A DNA stretch of 60,000 nucleotides from Botryllus schlosseri (taxonomy: Eukaryota): positions 1,366,001 to 1,426,000 of the forward strand of contig CM119371.1 in NCBI GenBank assembly GCA_051294905.1, read 5' to 3'. Positions 38,557 through 49,831 of the stretch are shown here, in pieces. The notes beneath the pieces were generated by a model. It ran no database searches. It was not told the DNA's origin and saw only the letters and a list, made by a program, of their open reading frames with translations. The translations under genes and the position numbers were made by a program. Position 1 is the stretch's first letter. Every line of letters begins with the position of its first letter.

Positions 38557-38729
38557 CAATGTTCCCTCTAAGCTGCGCACATGCACAAATGCGCAGTGCT
38601 AACACGGTCTCTGCGCACAAAAAATCCGATATGATGACCTTTTTTTAGTCTTTACGCAGTGTTGTCCAAGGGTCTGCGCAGTGAGTTCGTGAGTGTGCGC
38701 AGACTCGTCAAAAATTAGAGGGAACATTG
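38557..38729. mobile_element. 173-bp hAT MITE
   Basis: CAATGTTCCCTCTAA...TTAGAGGGAACATTG; perfect 8-bp TSD ctcaccat; a smaller relative lies at ~36085-36144. Confidence 0.85.
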
Positions 38730-39454
38730 CTCACCATACTGTAATTTACCAATACAGTATACCGGTAAATTAGAGAGTCTCTGGTAAAATATTTCACCAG
38801 GTTGTAAAACACAAAGGAAACCGGTTTCCGTCATAGCCTCACAGGAATAACAGTGTAAATATCGCCCAAAGCCTGACTTGAGGATACCACAAATGTGACA
38901 GTGCCCGTCAAAATCTTCATAGAAAAATATTGTACCATCTTGATCCTGATTGACAACATTAATTCTTTTTTGCCGTATTTGTCACATAATTTTACAGAGC
39001 AAACTTGTCCCTCCATATCTTGCATTTGACAAAATGCAACATATTGGCATGGTATACACATCTTCCTAATATATCAACCGGCTCAACTTTCTTAGGTTCA
39101 TTATTTACATAGTTAAGCTAAGACATTCCCCAACATGATATACTGTAATCGACTGGTTACCGTATGCACTCTGAAGCTATATATGGTAAGTGCTAAACGA
39201 TATGCTGCCTCCACACGCCACACGTTACCGTACTGCAGTTAAATGCAGCACACCAACTATGCACACCCCGTAGGCGCGCATATGAATCGGAAACACTTTC
39301 CCCGATGAAAACTGATGTGAAATGCATGCTCTACTAACTGGACAAATACGATCAATAACCGTCAGCCGGTAATAAACTCTACACTCAGTTCGCCAACTTT
39401 TCTGGCCGCGTAGTGATCGCCGATGGAAGTGGCTTCCCGGCACTGAAAGTTTTT

Positions 39455-39715
39455 CAAACCAATCGTAACGCATACGGCAATCACGTGAGCAGTGAAGTAG
39501 AACTTCCGTTTTTTTAACCAATCACGTCGGATCGTGAAATAGTGTGAGTGGTGAACTGAAATTTTACCGTCGTTCTGCAACCAATCACGACGGATACTGA
39601 AATCGAGGACCGTGAACTAAAATTTCCTGTTTTCCAACCACGGATTCGGAAATCGTGTGAGCTGTGAACTGAAATTATACCTCAGTATTTCAACTAATCA
39701 AGACCAATACTCAAA
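39455..39715. repeat. ~60-bp degenerate repeats containing CCAATCACG
   Basis: aaccaatcacg..ggat...gaaat..tgtgag..gtgaactgaaatt repeated ~4-5 times upstream of the minus-strand EnSpm gene; possibly promoter or subterminal repeats. Confidence 0.55.
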
Positions 39716-42700
39716 TGTCTTTTTTTTTTTATAGATAACTAACCTACGCATAGATTCGCACCACCCATCATCACCCTTGCTCGCCGTGAGGAATTGACTA
39801 CTGAAGTGCTCAGCAATCTGAACGCAGCATGATCGGTTATCAATAGCTGAAGACCCGAACCCTCAAAAGATGATCTTATTTGAAAGCTACCGTCACGCTG
39901 ATTCTGAAAATATTACATTAAAATTTCATTAGGACAATGGAACTAACCCGAATTAGCCTTCAAAATCTGAAAATCGGCATCGTGCAGCGATGCAGCACAA
40001 TCACCATAACAACGGCCTTTGCGTTGTTGCGATTGTTCAGAACAATGTCGATTTGCAGACTTTTGGGGCGCATTTCGAGGGGGTTCCATTGCCCCGATAA
40101 GATTTTAATGTATATTTTCGGAATCAATGCGACAGTAGCTTATAAATAAGCTCAACTTTTTTAAATTTGAGTGCTCGGATCGTCAGCGATAGGATTAGCA
40201 ATTATCTTGCGTTCCAATTGGTGCAATACAATTCGAATCTGGTCCCACTGTATCAATATTGCGCAGAATCCGCGTCCCTGAAACTATTTCCGTGTCCGCC
40301 TGGTGCTCATCATAGTTATCTTTGGTTTTTATATATTCAACCAATATATTTGGTAGTTGCATGGTCTTAACATAGAATTTAAAAAAACATGTTGCGTTTC
40401 AGTTTTGAACTTGATTAATGGGAAAACACGTCGCGTTTTCGGTTTTAAACGTGTTTATTTCAAAAACACGTCGGCGTTTTCCGTCGTTTAACGTGTTATT
40501 GGAAAAAACATGCAAAAAACACGTTGAATACACGGTTTATTTTTTACAGTGTAACGGCCATTTTGTATGATAGTACGTTTAGCTGTTTTGTTGTTAGGGT
40601 AATCACTTGATGACCCAGCAATTTTTGTTAGCAAAGTGGATTGATTTGTGTGTAAGATGTAAGCGACGTAACTAGAAAACATATGTACTCTGTTGTTGGA
40701 GTAGCTGATTTATTGCTATGACACGGACATATCCTGAAACCTTGGTTGGTTTGTTGTCTTACGAAAGATGAGGTGACCTCGGTGTCGTAAATTGTGTTAA
40801 CTAAACCCGGATGGATACCACAATTGTGCTGGACTTACACATGGTATTCGCATACTGCACGCATACAAACTTTTGTGTAAACAACTCTGATGTTTCTGTT
40901 GGTACTAGTGTTGTGTTGAACTATTTGGTTCTTAAGACACATGAACACCCATTCAGACAATAAAGGTCTTGTGATATCGAAACAGTTTGTAGAGTCTAAC
41001 CAACCATTCTTTAGTTTCGTAATGCGAGAATATCGAGTAAAGTTAATTACTTAGTGCGATGTTAATATCCTTCGTACTTTTGTAAGAGTTGTGGAGTAAC
41101 ATACCAAGTAACTAGTTGACACAAACAAAATATTGAATGACTGCTAACGCATTGAGTTCATAATCCAAGAGGGTGAAATTTGTTTACTGTCAAACTAACA
41201 TAACTCGTATCCAGCGAAACAGATACAATCCGGTGATGTGATGTTGGTCAATATCCATTTTGTAAAGATTGAGTAAATCCTCTTCCGTCAGGTGGGTGTG
41301 GTTCAAATCAATAGCATGTTACACATAAACATCATTTGTATTGAGGGTGATATTGTTGAGTGATGATGCCGCAACAACACAACAAGTATTATTTTGTATC
41401 GTGTGTTTGTGCTTTAGGAATAGCGAAGTGTGTGATATTTTGGATATCTGTGTTCGGCTGAAAGTAGGGTTGTCCTTGGGTCTTGTGTTGGGTAAATCAG
41501 AACTATGTCTAGAATTCAAGCACGTCCAAGTAACGTCTTTTAGTGACAGAGTATTGTGATGACATTTACTTTAGCGAATGACAACGGAAAAATTTCCAAT
41601 TTCTCTGATCGTGTGTGTGTGTGTGTGTGTGTTTTACAAATAATTCCAGTACACCTAACTATAGGATACATTTAGTAAACATCGTGCAAATTGTTTCTTT
41701 GTGATGGTAACGACTTTCGGCGGCTTAGTTTCATGTCGGGAATTATTATTTGAGGGTTCAAAAACAATTTCAATCAATACTAGAAATGAACAACAATGCA
41801 AAACACGTTTAGCAAATAACAGTGTAGCAAGTACTTTTTTGATATTACGAGTGTTGGATACTAGACACTTCTAGTTGAATTGGATGCATCTAACAAACAT
41901 ATCACAATTTACTTTTACAATAATCAAAGTCTTAGAGTGTATAACCTCGCGATATTTTACATTTAGCACGCACAATGGGGAGTTACTGAAATGATTAAGA
42001 ATTGATCGCTAGCTTCGAACGGTACTCGATACTCAAAGTGATATTTTCACACTCTGTAAAGTGCATATGTTTCAATTCTCTGTCGCAAATTCCGACAGTA
42101 ACGACATTGATGTTAAATCCTCACCCGTGGTTATTGTAAGTGAATCCTAAACATCGCAACAGTCGGTATGGAAATCGAACGCGTGCGTACTTTTAGATAG
42201 GTGACACTAACAAGTTTATTACACCGTGAAATACTCTGAAACGTCGATTCGTGATTGTGTTAGCTATATTCATCTTCCATATCTGTGGACACAAAGATAT
42301 CTTGACTTTGGTTACAACTCACTCGAAACGAATTGTCGCGGGTAATCTAGAAAAGCACAAGTCGAAGACGAATGATTTGATTTCAATAAACTAAAAAAAA
42401 AATCCTTTTGTTTTGATGTTGGATTTAATACAATTTGTATGACTATACCGAATTCGAATCCGAAAGTGCAATGTTACTTTAGTAGAAAAATTGGATGACT
42501 CGCATTTTGATATTGATAGATGTGTAGAGTAATATGACTAGTTTATAAAATCTCGGTAATGTTTTTTTTTCGTCATGTCTGTGATCAACAAATATGTGAT
42601 CAAGTCTTACCATTCGATTTTAACTTTCGCAGTCGGTGTAATTTGTTGAAGTAACAATATCGACGAGTTCAATAATATTCCCCATCGATGCATTCGAATA

Positions 42701-43524
42701 ATATGTCAGCTGCAAGCGGATTTAAAACTTGATGGTGTTTCGCGGTTAACTCAAGTCAGTGGTCGTGTATGTGTTGATTTCAGGAATGATCATGACGAGT
42801 TGCCTGGGTAGATTAGTTTTAATGTGGTTGTAACTACGACCGTACAGAGTTGCTGACACAATATCTTTTACGCTGTAATATACGGATTTATTTGTGATAA
42901 ATTAATTCTCAGTTATTGTTCAGACATTCAAATCTCGTATACTCAAAATATAATATGTCCAAGTCAAATCGTATATGCACCTATTAGTAAATACTTTGTC
43001 TTCAGAATAGTAACAACCTTTACAATTGAATAAAAAGATAGAGCATACGAATACAACCAGGATGAATTAATTCAAATTTGTGAGTTGTAATGATATATTC
43101 AAGTAAGTGAAACTAGATTTTTAACAATTGTTAATGTTGTGAATAATTCTTTTGAGTTTGAAATGTGGCTGGATCAAAGTTGGTAGTCATGTTTGTCAAA
43201 CCTATTTCAATTCACGCAATGTCAAAGTCCAAATATTTCATTCTGGATTATTTGGATTTACCTTTGGTACATCTCGCAAATGGATTTAAAGTTGGCAAAT
43301 TACCAAAATGATTGAATAATATCGGGTCAGAGATAGTTGGTATTGATTCTATAAGTGTTAAGACAGCGGCGTGGAATGTGTGAATGATCCGATGAGGGTG
43401 AATGTTGGCGTCAGTAATATTCAGGTTACGTTCGATTCAACAGATCGCGTTAATAGGATTTGAGTTGGGTCGAATCAATACATTCAAATACGATTCAACT
43501 TGATTTGTGTAGTGAGTTACACTG

Positions 43525-44160
43525 ATGACTCCCACTTTATCAAACGATATGACATCGAACAGCGTCAACACTATGCAATTCGGAGCAACTTCAAATTTTC
43601 ACGTCGGCGTCAAATTCGTCTCATCACCAAAAAGAGGTGGCGTTAGCCAATATCTCAAAGGTATATTCATCGATGGCAATAACGAAGAGATATCTTTCAC
43701 GTGTTTCAATCGTGATTTGTTCGGGAACATTGAGAAAGCATTCACCAAACGAAAAAAACTCATGGTCAAATCCGGTTGGGTTCAAATTGATAAATTTACC
43801 GGAAAACCCGCTGTATTACTGGGACGGGCTTCGTCAGTAACTCTGCATGGAAAATCGAGACATACGACTGAAGAATACCCATTATTGACCTGTGAATCGG
43901 TATACGGAAATAAAGATGAATACTTCTCGATCGCCGCTACTTGTGTTTCTCGAGAGGAGAAGATGATCAATTCTGGCGCCGGAAAGGAGTTGAAATTATA
44001 CAGTTTTACATTGAAGGATGATACTGGTGAGGTGGTTTTGGATCAATGGAACAAAACCTCGCTCGTACCCGGGAAGAAATATCAACTCACTCGTGTTAAA
44101 AACTGTGTCGGCAGATTGAAAATCGATCCGTTAACTAGACTTGTTGAATTGAAAGAATAG
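43525..44160 (+). CDS. Tandem OB-fold (RPA/SSB-like) protein, 211 aa, intronless
   Basis: Two OB-like units: YLKGIFIDGNNEEISFTCFN...KLMVKSG and LYSFTLKDDTGEVVLDQWN...PGKKYQLTRVK (L.D.TG...L..W is typical of RPA OB folds). Confidence 0.7.
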   Translation: MTPTLSNDMTSNSVNTMQFGATSNFHVGVKFVSSPKRGGVSQYLKGIFIDGNNEEISFTCFNRDLFGNIEKAFTKRKKLMVKSGWVQIDKFTGKPAVLLGRASSVTLHGKSRHTTEEYPLLTCESVYGNKDEYFSIAATCVSREEKMINSGAGKELKLYSFTLKDDTGEVVLDQWNKTSLVPGKKYQLTRVKNCVGRLKIDPLTRLVELKE

Positions 44161-44573
44161 TTGCATATTTGTATACCACAATACAATATTTCATTTCGCG
44201 TAAAATGTATGACCTATGTGATTCGACAACTGGGTTAGCGCGGTGTTGTTCTACTGATTGAGGTGTGAAAATTGTGCCATCGCGGTGAAGTCGCGACTGT
44301 GAACAGCAGATTATTTTGTGGGTGCGAAACAGCGAATAATCCGAAAGTATTATTCAGGTAGCAATCAATAGCGAGGAAAGAGAACACGATCGGTCATTTG
44401 ACACGACTAAACTACGACATCATAAATCATAATTTACGATCAAACTATTTCGCGCTGAATGGAATAGTGTAATCGATAGTAGCGGTTGGCCGTGAAACAA
44501 TTCAGCGCACAGGTCATTCGAAATATAGGTCGCGCTACTTAATCCTCACAACAAGCCGCGTTTCCGTTTGTGC

Positions 44574-44783
44574 GACACGATATACACATTAACAAAGATT
44601 CATTCACATGACTATTTACTTGATACATATTCAACACCGGTCGAGAGATGGCTGAAAGTACGAATCACGACCGCGCCCATAAGAACACATGGTGAATCAG
44701 TAGAGACCGTGTAATAATACACGACGATATACACATTAACAAAGGTTCATTCACATGACTATTTACTTGATACATATTCAACA
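44574..44783. repeat. ~60-bp direct repeat x2
   Basis: cgatatacacattaacaaag[a/g]ttcattcacatgactatttacttgatacatattcaacac at ~44578 and ~44725. Confidence 0.8.
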
Positions 44784-44874
44784 CGAAGTACGACATGCCA
44801 ACAACGAAGCCGCGTGCGACCGCTGTCTATGCTGAAAAGGGGTACCGTGCGACCACAAGACACAATAACCGCTT

Positions 44875-45172
44875 GCCACCGCCGCCATAAGACGAAAACG
44901 TTAGTTCGCCACCCCCGCCATAAGACGAAAACGTTAGTTCGCCACCCCCACCATAAGACGAAAACGTTAGTTCGCCACCCCCGCCATAAGACGAAAACGT
45001 TAGTTCGCCACCCCCGGTTTCTCGTTAGCTCGCGACCCCACCCATAAGACGAAAACGTTAGCTCGCCACCCCCGCCATAAGACGAAACGTTAGTTCGCCA
45101 CCCCCGCCATGAGACGAAAACGTTAGTTCGCCACCCCCGGTTTCTCGTTAGCTCGCCACCCCGCCCATAAGA
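44875..45172. repeat. 33-bp GC-rich subterminal tandem repeat
   Basis: ccataagacgaaaacgttagttcgccacccccg units (44886, 44919, ...), with two units carrying an internal hairpin-like variant. Confidence 0.9.
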
Positions 45173-45716
45173 ACCCCTGCCACCGGTTGAGCGATCTACT
45201 ATACTACTAACAGGATCCTTTTTGTTGACCACCTCTAAATATTAAGAGCTGGCAACCGGTTTTTCTGAGAATTTTGAAATCTGGCAACCGATATTCCAGT
45301 TATTCCTAAATTTTATAGACCGAAAAAAATCATGTTGTCCATGTACAGTCACAATGATTCACCCGGTCATCATATTTATGCTGATGTGCTATTAGCATCA
45401 CAGTGGTTTTAAAAGAACTATACTGCCAGAAAGGTGAGGAGCCATCGATGCATGACGTCCTTGGAAGCCGAGGAGACCACTTGCCTAGTAACCACTGTAT
45501 GTTTATATCGTTTTGCACTTGCCCTATGCCAGGGGCGGGCAGCTTAATGTCCGGTCAGTGAGCCGCATATGGGAAAATTAGGCACTTGGCGGACCAGATT
45601 ACGGAATATATACAATTATACATTATACCTTAATCGCGTATTTATCCACCGCTACAAGGAATCAATTGTGTTTAATGCCAGCTATCCGACAGTCGTCGAG
45701 CATGTCCGCATTCAAG

Positions 45717-46234
45717 TAGGGCTGGGCAAAATCGAGTACGTGAGTGAATCGATTCTGAATCACGCAATATGCTTCGAGTCGAGTCGAGTAATCGAGTATC
45801 ACTAATTATGACGTCATAACAGAACGTGATGTGTGAAGGCTTAAATATGCATCTTTTATTCCACCTCGAAGAATATAATGGCTGTTATCCATCACATAAA
45901 AGATATTTTGGTATTTTTTCGACCATACCGATTTTATTGCACTCGGTGACAATGTTGCGGGACGATCCTGAATTTGGAAATCTGCTAGTTCCAGCAACTT
46001 CGTAGCTTTGTACTATATGTTTTGTATGCTACGATATGGCCAATCAAGGTTTCAAGCCTTCAACTGCGAAAATTACTGTCGACACTATAATTCTCTTCTA
46101 CAAATTAACTTCCAGTGGCGAGGAGCGTATAATTCCAGTACTCGAAAAAATCGTTTTTTTTACTACTCGACTCGAATCATCACAATTAATACTCGATTCA
46201 GATTCGAGTACTCGAATCATTATGCCCAGCCCTA
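45717..46234. mobile_element. hAT-type MITE
   Basis: TAGGGCTGGGCA...TGCCCAGCCCTA; perfect 8-bp TSD cattcaag. Confidence 0.85.
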
Positions 46235-46586
46235 CATTCAAGTCGAAATACAAGCAATTTCTCCTAAATCAATACTAGCCAGTCTTCGAGATTACCGGAC
46301 CACGACCTAACATCGACCTCGCCCTTCGCCACATGCCACCTCATTTTGTCGCTAGCGTCTTATATTCTCTGCATCACTTTTCAGTCAGTGTCCATGCCTC
46401 TTATTTACTTCGCCTAGAGCAGCGGTTCCCAACCTTTTTTACCCGCGGACTATTCTCAAGCTCGCCTATATAGCCGCGGACTCAATCTATATTTCAAAGA
46501 ATTTTTTATATTTTTTATTGCAATTCAAAAGAGTTTAATATGGTATCAACGAAATAAGCAAGCACTGTTTTCCAATTGACACATGC

Positions 46587-48392
46587 TCAATGGGATCCTT
46601 GTCCTTGTACTTGCTTGACAAGTTTATCTAATTCCGGATCTATGGTTGTCAGTGCACATCTGATGTCATCTTCTGGTTGAAGTCTATTGCGATACTTCGT
46701 TTTGATCAACGTCAGAGTTGAAAAGCCAGATTCACACAAGTATGTGGTAGGAAATGGCAATAGAGCTTTTGCAGCTTGCTCGCAAAGATTTGACAGATTA
46801 GGCTCCATCGACTGCACATTTGCCCAAAATTGAGTCAAGGAAGCCTTTTTAAACTTGTCTTTCCAAATCTGTCGGCTTTGCAACTCAATCAATTGTTCAG
46901 CAATGCAGTCCATATCTGAATGGACTTCTTGCGCTGTCACCTGAAAAGGATTCCTGACCCAATTAAAGATCCTGCAATAATCGTTGGAAGGAATATAACG
47001 ATCCAATTCGGAAAGAAATGTGTTGAGGTGCTGAAGAAAGATGGGCAGGATGACGTCCAAATTGATCTCTTTCTCTTCTACAAATAAGTTCAATCCCGGG
47101 AAAGCAGCTAACTTCCCACTTTTCATTCGATGCACCCACAGCTTTATTTTACCTTTGAATGCATCAACACTTTCCAAAACATCAAAAAATAGTTTCTCTT
47201 TTCCTTGAATTGAACTGTTCAGTTGGTTTACATGGCAGAAAACATCGGCCAAGAATAGCAACTTCGCAATCCATTCATCATCACAAAAGCGATCAGCAAG
47301 TTCATGGTTTTGGTCTTTCAGAAAGGCATGGGTTTCCTCTTTAAGAGTAGCCACTCTCTCAAGCACCTTTCCTCGTGACAACCAACGAACAGTGGAATGA
47401 AACAGAAGCCCACTAAATTCCGCTCCCATTTCGTCACACAAAGCACGAAATAAGCGAGTGTTCAAAGGACGAGCTTTAATAAAATTTACCACAGATACAA
47501 CTTCTTTGAAAACTATGGCAAGATTTTCTTGTATTTCTCTTGTTGCCAAATTTTCTCTGTGAAGAAGACAATGAACAACCGAAATGTTATTGTTTTTCTT
47601 CTTCACAAAACTGATGAAGCCTTTATTACTTCCCATCATGGCTGGAGCACCATCGGCACAAACGGACACACAATTTGACCATTCAAGTTGATGATCTTCA
47701 AAGAATAAATTCACTTTCCTGAATATTTCTTCTCCTGTGGTATTTTTAGCAAGTGGACGGCAAAACAGAAACTGCTCAACGACATCATTTGTGTCAAAAT
47801 ATCGCACAAAAACCATGAGTTGTGCATCACTTCCGATATCTGTTGTCTCATCCAATTGCAAACTGAATCTTTTACAGCACCTTATGGCAGCGATTGTTTG
47901 TTGCAGAACATTTCTTGAGAGTTCTTCGATACGCCGCATCATGGTGTTGTTCGACAAAGGAACCATTGCCAGTTTGTTAGCAACAGCATCACCACACATT
48001 ACTCTGGCCATTTCAACAGATGCTGGTTTAATCAAATTTTCTCCAGCTGTGTGAGGTGCTTTTGCACGAGCTATTATCCATGCAACCGCAAAAGAAGCAC
48101 GCACAGCTTGACTGTGACAATATATTATTCCTCCCCAAGCAGTTGGGCGATCAAGTCGACTTTGCTTCACATGATGCTCTTTTTCTTTAAATACTTCAAG
48201 AGATTTGTTAACAAAATTTTCATGGTATGATTCGAGGTGCCGACGAAGTTTCGCTTCCTTTAAAGAGCTGTGAGCTAAGACTGTTGAGCACAGCACACAC
48301 TGCGGCCTCACTTCGCCATTCACCTCAATCGAAGTAAATCCAAGCTTCAAGTATTCATCATGATATGCAAAAACTTGCTTTCTTTTAGCCAT
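46587..48392 (-). CDS. Buster-type hAT transposase (ZBED5/SCAND3-like), 601 aa, intact
   Basis: YLKLGF...PQCVLC...KLRRHLESYH BED-like finger, SLQLDETTD, CADGAPAM, HCLLHRENL, VRWLSRG, FPTTYLCESGFS, ending QGQGSH. Confidence 0.97.
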   Translation of the reverse strand: MAKRKQVFAYHDEYLKLGFTSIEVNGEVRPQCVLCSTVLAHSSLKEAKLRRHLESYHENFVNKSLEVFKEKEHHVKQSRLDRPTAWGGIIYCHSQAVRASFAVAWIIARAKAPHTAGENLIKPASVEMARVMCGDAVANKLAMVPLSNNTMMRRIEELSRNVLQQTIAAIRCCKRFSLQLDETTDIGSDAQLMVFVRYFDTNDVVEQFLFCRPLAKNTTGEEIFRKVNLFFEDHQLEWSNCVSVCADGAPAMMGSNKGFISFVKKKNNNISVVHCLLHRENLATREIQENLAIVFKEVVSVVNFIKARPLNTRLFRALCDEMGAEFSGLLFHSTVRWLSRGKVLERVATLKEETHAFLKDQNHELADRFCDDEWIAKLLFLADVFCHVNQLNSSIQGKEKLFFDVLESVDAFKGKIKLWVHRMKSGKLAAFPGLNLFVEEKEINLDVILPIFLQHLNTFLSELDRYIPSNDYCRIFNWVRNPFQVTAQEVHSDMDCIAEQLIELQSRQIWKDKFKKASLTQFWANVQSMEPNLSNLCEQAAKALLPFPTTYLCESGFSTLTLIKTKYRNRLQPEDDIRCALTTIDPELDKLVKQVQGQGSH

Positions 48393-49749
48393 TTTACCGG
48401 CTGGTACCGGCGAGCCTAGTACAGTCTGTAAAGTTATATATCGCGGGTTCTACTGATAATAGACAGCTATGGATTGTTTCTGTGATGAGAACATACCCCT
48501 ACCATTTATCAATATCCAGATAAGTCTACAAGTGAACTATAAGTCGCAATAAATACCATATTACTCAGCGTATATCGTGCCATAAAAGTGTGCATGAAGA
48601 GCTGTCATATAACGATATCAATCTTACGTAGTATTGATATGCATTTGCAGTATGTTTCAATGAGTTGTGTATCCGTTCGGTCGTAGTTCTCGCTATCTGC
48701 CAGAATACGACTAAGTTACTTCAGGTTCGAAAGGACCCGGAGACATGTTGCCAAGACCAAGTCTGACTATTTACTTCCTCTTTTCAATCTCGCACCACTG
48801 GCACGAGCTATATAACAACACGCTACCTGTACGCATGACTGGTCTTGCAACCAGATAATACGAAGACATTATGGCTCCTGAGCCGAGCCGACGGTTTTGC
48901 CCAAGACACAGAAAACTTAAGAACGAATATTGCTTGGAATGCTGAGCAATTTGTTGTAGTGCTCAAGTTACGATGTTCTTGTGTTTGAAATATACGTGGC
49001 GAAACATCGCTTGTTCAGGTATCTTTAATATTGCTTTCAGAAATAGATTCATTGCAGTAGAATTTATCAACTCGAAACCTTTTTGTGTGCCTCTTATAAA
49101 GAGTTTACAGCACAATAAGAAGCATACAGAAAGACATCCAAACGAAAACCAAATCAGCAACATATGACGTAACAGTACAATGATATAAAAGGAACGTTAG
49201 GCAAAGGCAGCTGTTCCGGTACTCCGACAATCTTAACAAAGAGAACCCAGAAAATCGAATTATACGATACACAGAAGACGTTACACATACAATTACCAGT
49301 ATATATTGTATATAATCTCTTCTGCTTCTTATTGTGTCGTTAACTATTGATAAGGGACACGATATTGTAACAGTGTTGTTGTAAGTTCTTTATTCTTCAA
49401 GCTATCAGATCGCAGCACAGGCGCATGGAAACAGGACCAGTAAACATAGCACGTGCGGCTCGCACGGCGTACATCCAAGAGAATGAACGCATCAATAACA
49501 ACACGCTTCGTCAATATGCATTACGTCATCACTAGCCATAGATGGCGCCCCGTTACAATATGTTGATAAATTGCACCGCAAGGAATGTAGTTCCGAGACC
49601 ACTATTCCAGTTTAGGACCGCCGAGATATCTGTGCGTTTTATCTCAGAGCTATTAGGGTGATTAACATTTAAATAGCGGTATTTTGCGAATCAAACATCA
49701 CGGCGGAAGCCTAATCCTCAAATCTTAATTTGAAGAATCCGGACCAGCA

Positions 49750-49831
49750 CGGGGCTCGTTCACTTTCGGACCAAAAAGCTATTTTCTCCGTAAGGATGTA
49801 GTGAGTTTGGTCCGAAAGTGAACGAGCCCCG
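49750..49831. repeat. Perfect 26-bp inverted repeat with 30-bp loop inside the Buster element
   Basis: cggggctcgttcactttcggaccaaa (49750-49775) / tttggtccgaaagtgaacgagccccg (49806-49831). Confidence 0.9.

Larger units (their letters stand above)
30320..39060 (-). pseudogene. Multi-exon SAMD3-like accessory ORF of the EnSpm element, decayed
   Basis: Exon remnants RMKRTFESRREAILNG...LLEIYPIL (32740-32986, duplicated at ~36617-36870) and HAMAIILAIYWLF/NIKFAP (30320-30495) match the M..TF..RR..I...YP.L and A...L...Y..FN..(Y/F)P motifs of animal EnSpm accessory proteins. The 5' extent is uncertain. Confidence 0.55.
28730..40551. mobile_element. EnSpm/CACTA (CMC) element, 11.8 kb, non-autonomous, with nested insertions
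   Basis: TIR CACTGTAAAAAATAAA / TTTATTTTTTACAGTG; 2-bp TA TSD; subterminal aaaaacacgt repeats at 40380-40530; removing it restores an interrupted reading frame. Confidence 0.85.
26225..45208. mobile_element. Decayed virus-/Polinton-like segment (26225-28729 plus 40552-45208), split by the CACTG element
   Basis: Intronless, stop-riddled reading frames on both strands; one frame runs across the CACTG insertion. The right end reads AGTAGTATAGTAG on the minus strand (Polinton-type terminus) beside 33-bp GC-rich repeats. No pPolB, integrase or capsid recognised; left end undefined. Confidence 0.4.
18429..45409. mobile_element. Kolobok-like non-autonomous element expanded to ~27 kb by nested insertions
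   Basis: ~170-bp imperfect TIRs (agaccactgtgatgctaatagcacat...ggttgcc at 18429-18590 vs reverse complement at ~45245-45409); 4-bp TAAA/TTAA-type TSD; empty site seen at ~11905-11920. Superfamily inferred from the AG terminus and TTAA-like TSD. Confidence 0.7.

Noticed and set aside
44800..45230. Helitron 3' end for the OB-fold-bearing element
   Set aside because: No clear hairpin plus CTRR-into-AT terminus and no RepHel remnant recognised; not excluded, but unsupported.
44759..45232. 157-aa ORF with RGWRTNVFVLW repeats, and the opposite-strand 77-aa ORF
   Set aside because: Products of the 33-bp tandem repeat.
47159..48054. Plus-strand ORFs of 61 and 105 aa
   Set aside because: Antisense shadows of the Buster transposase.
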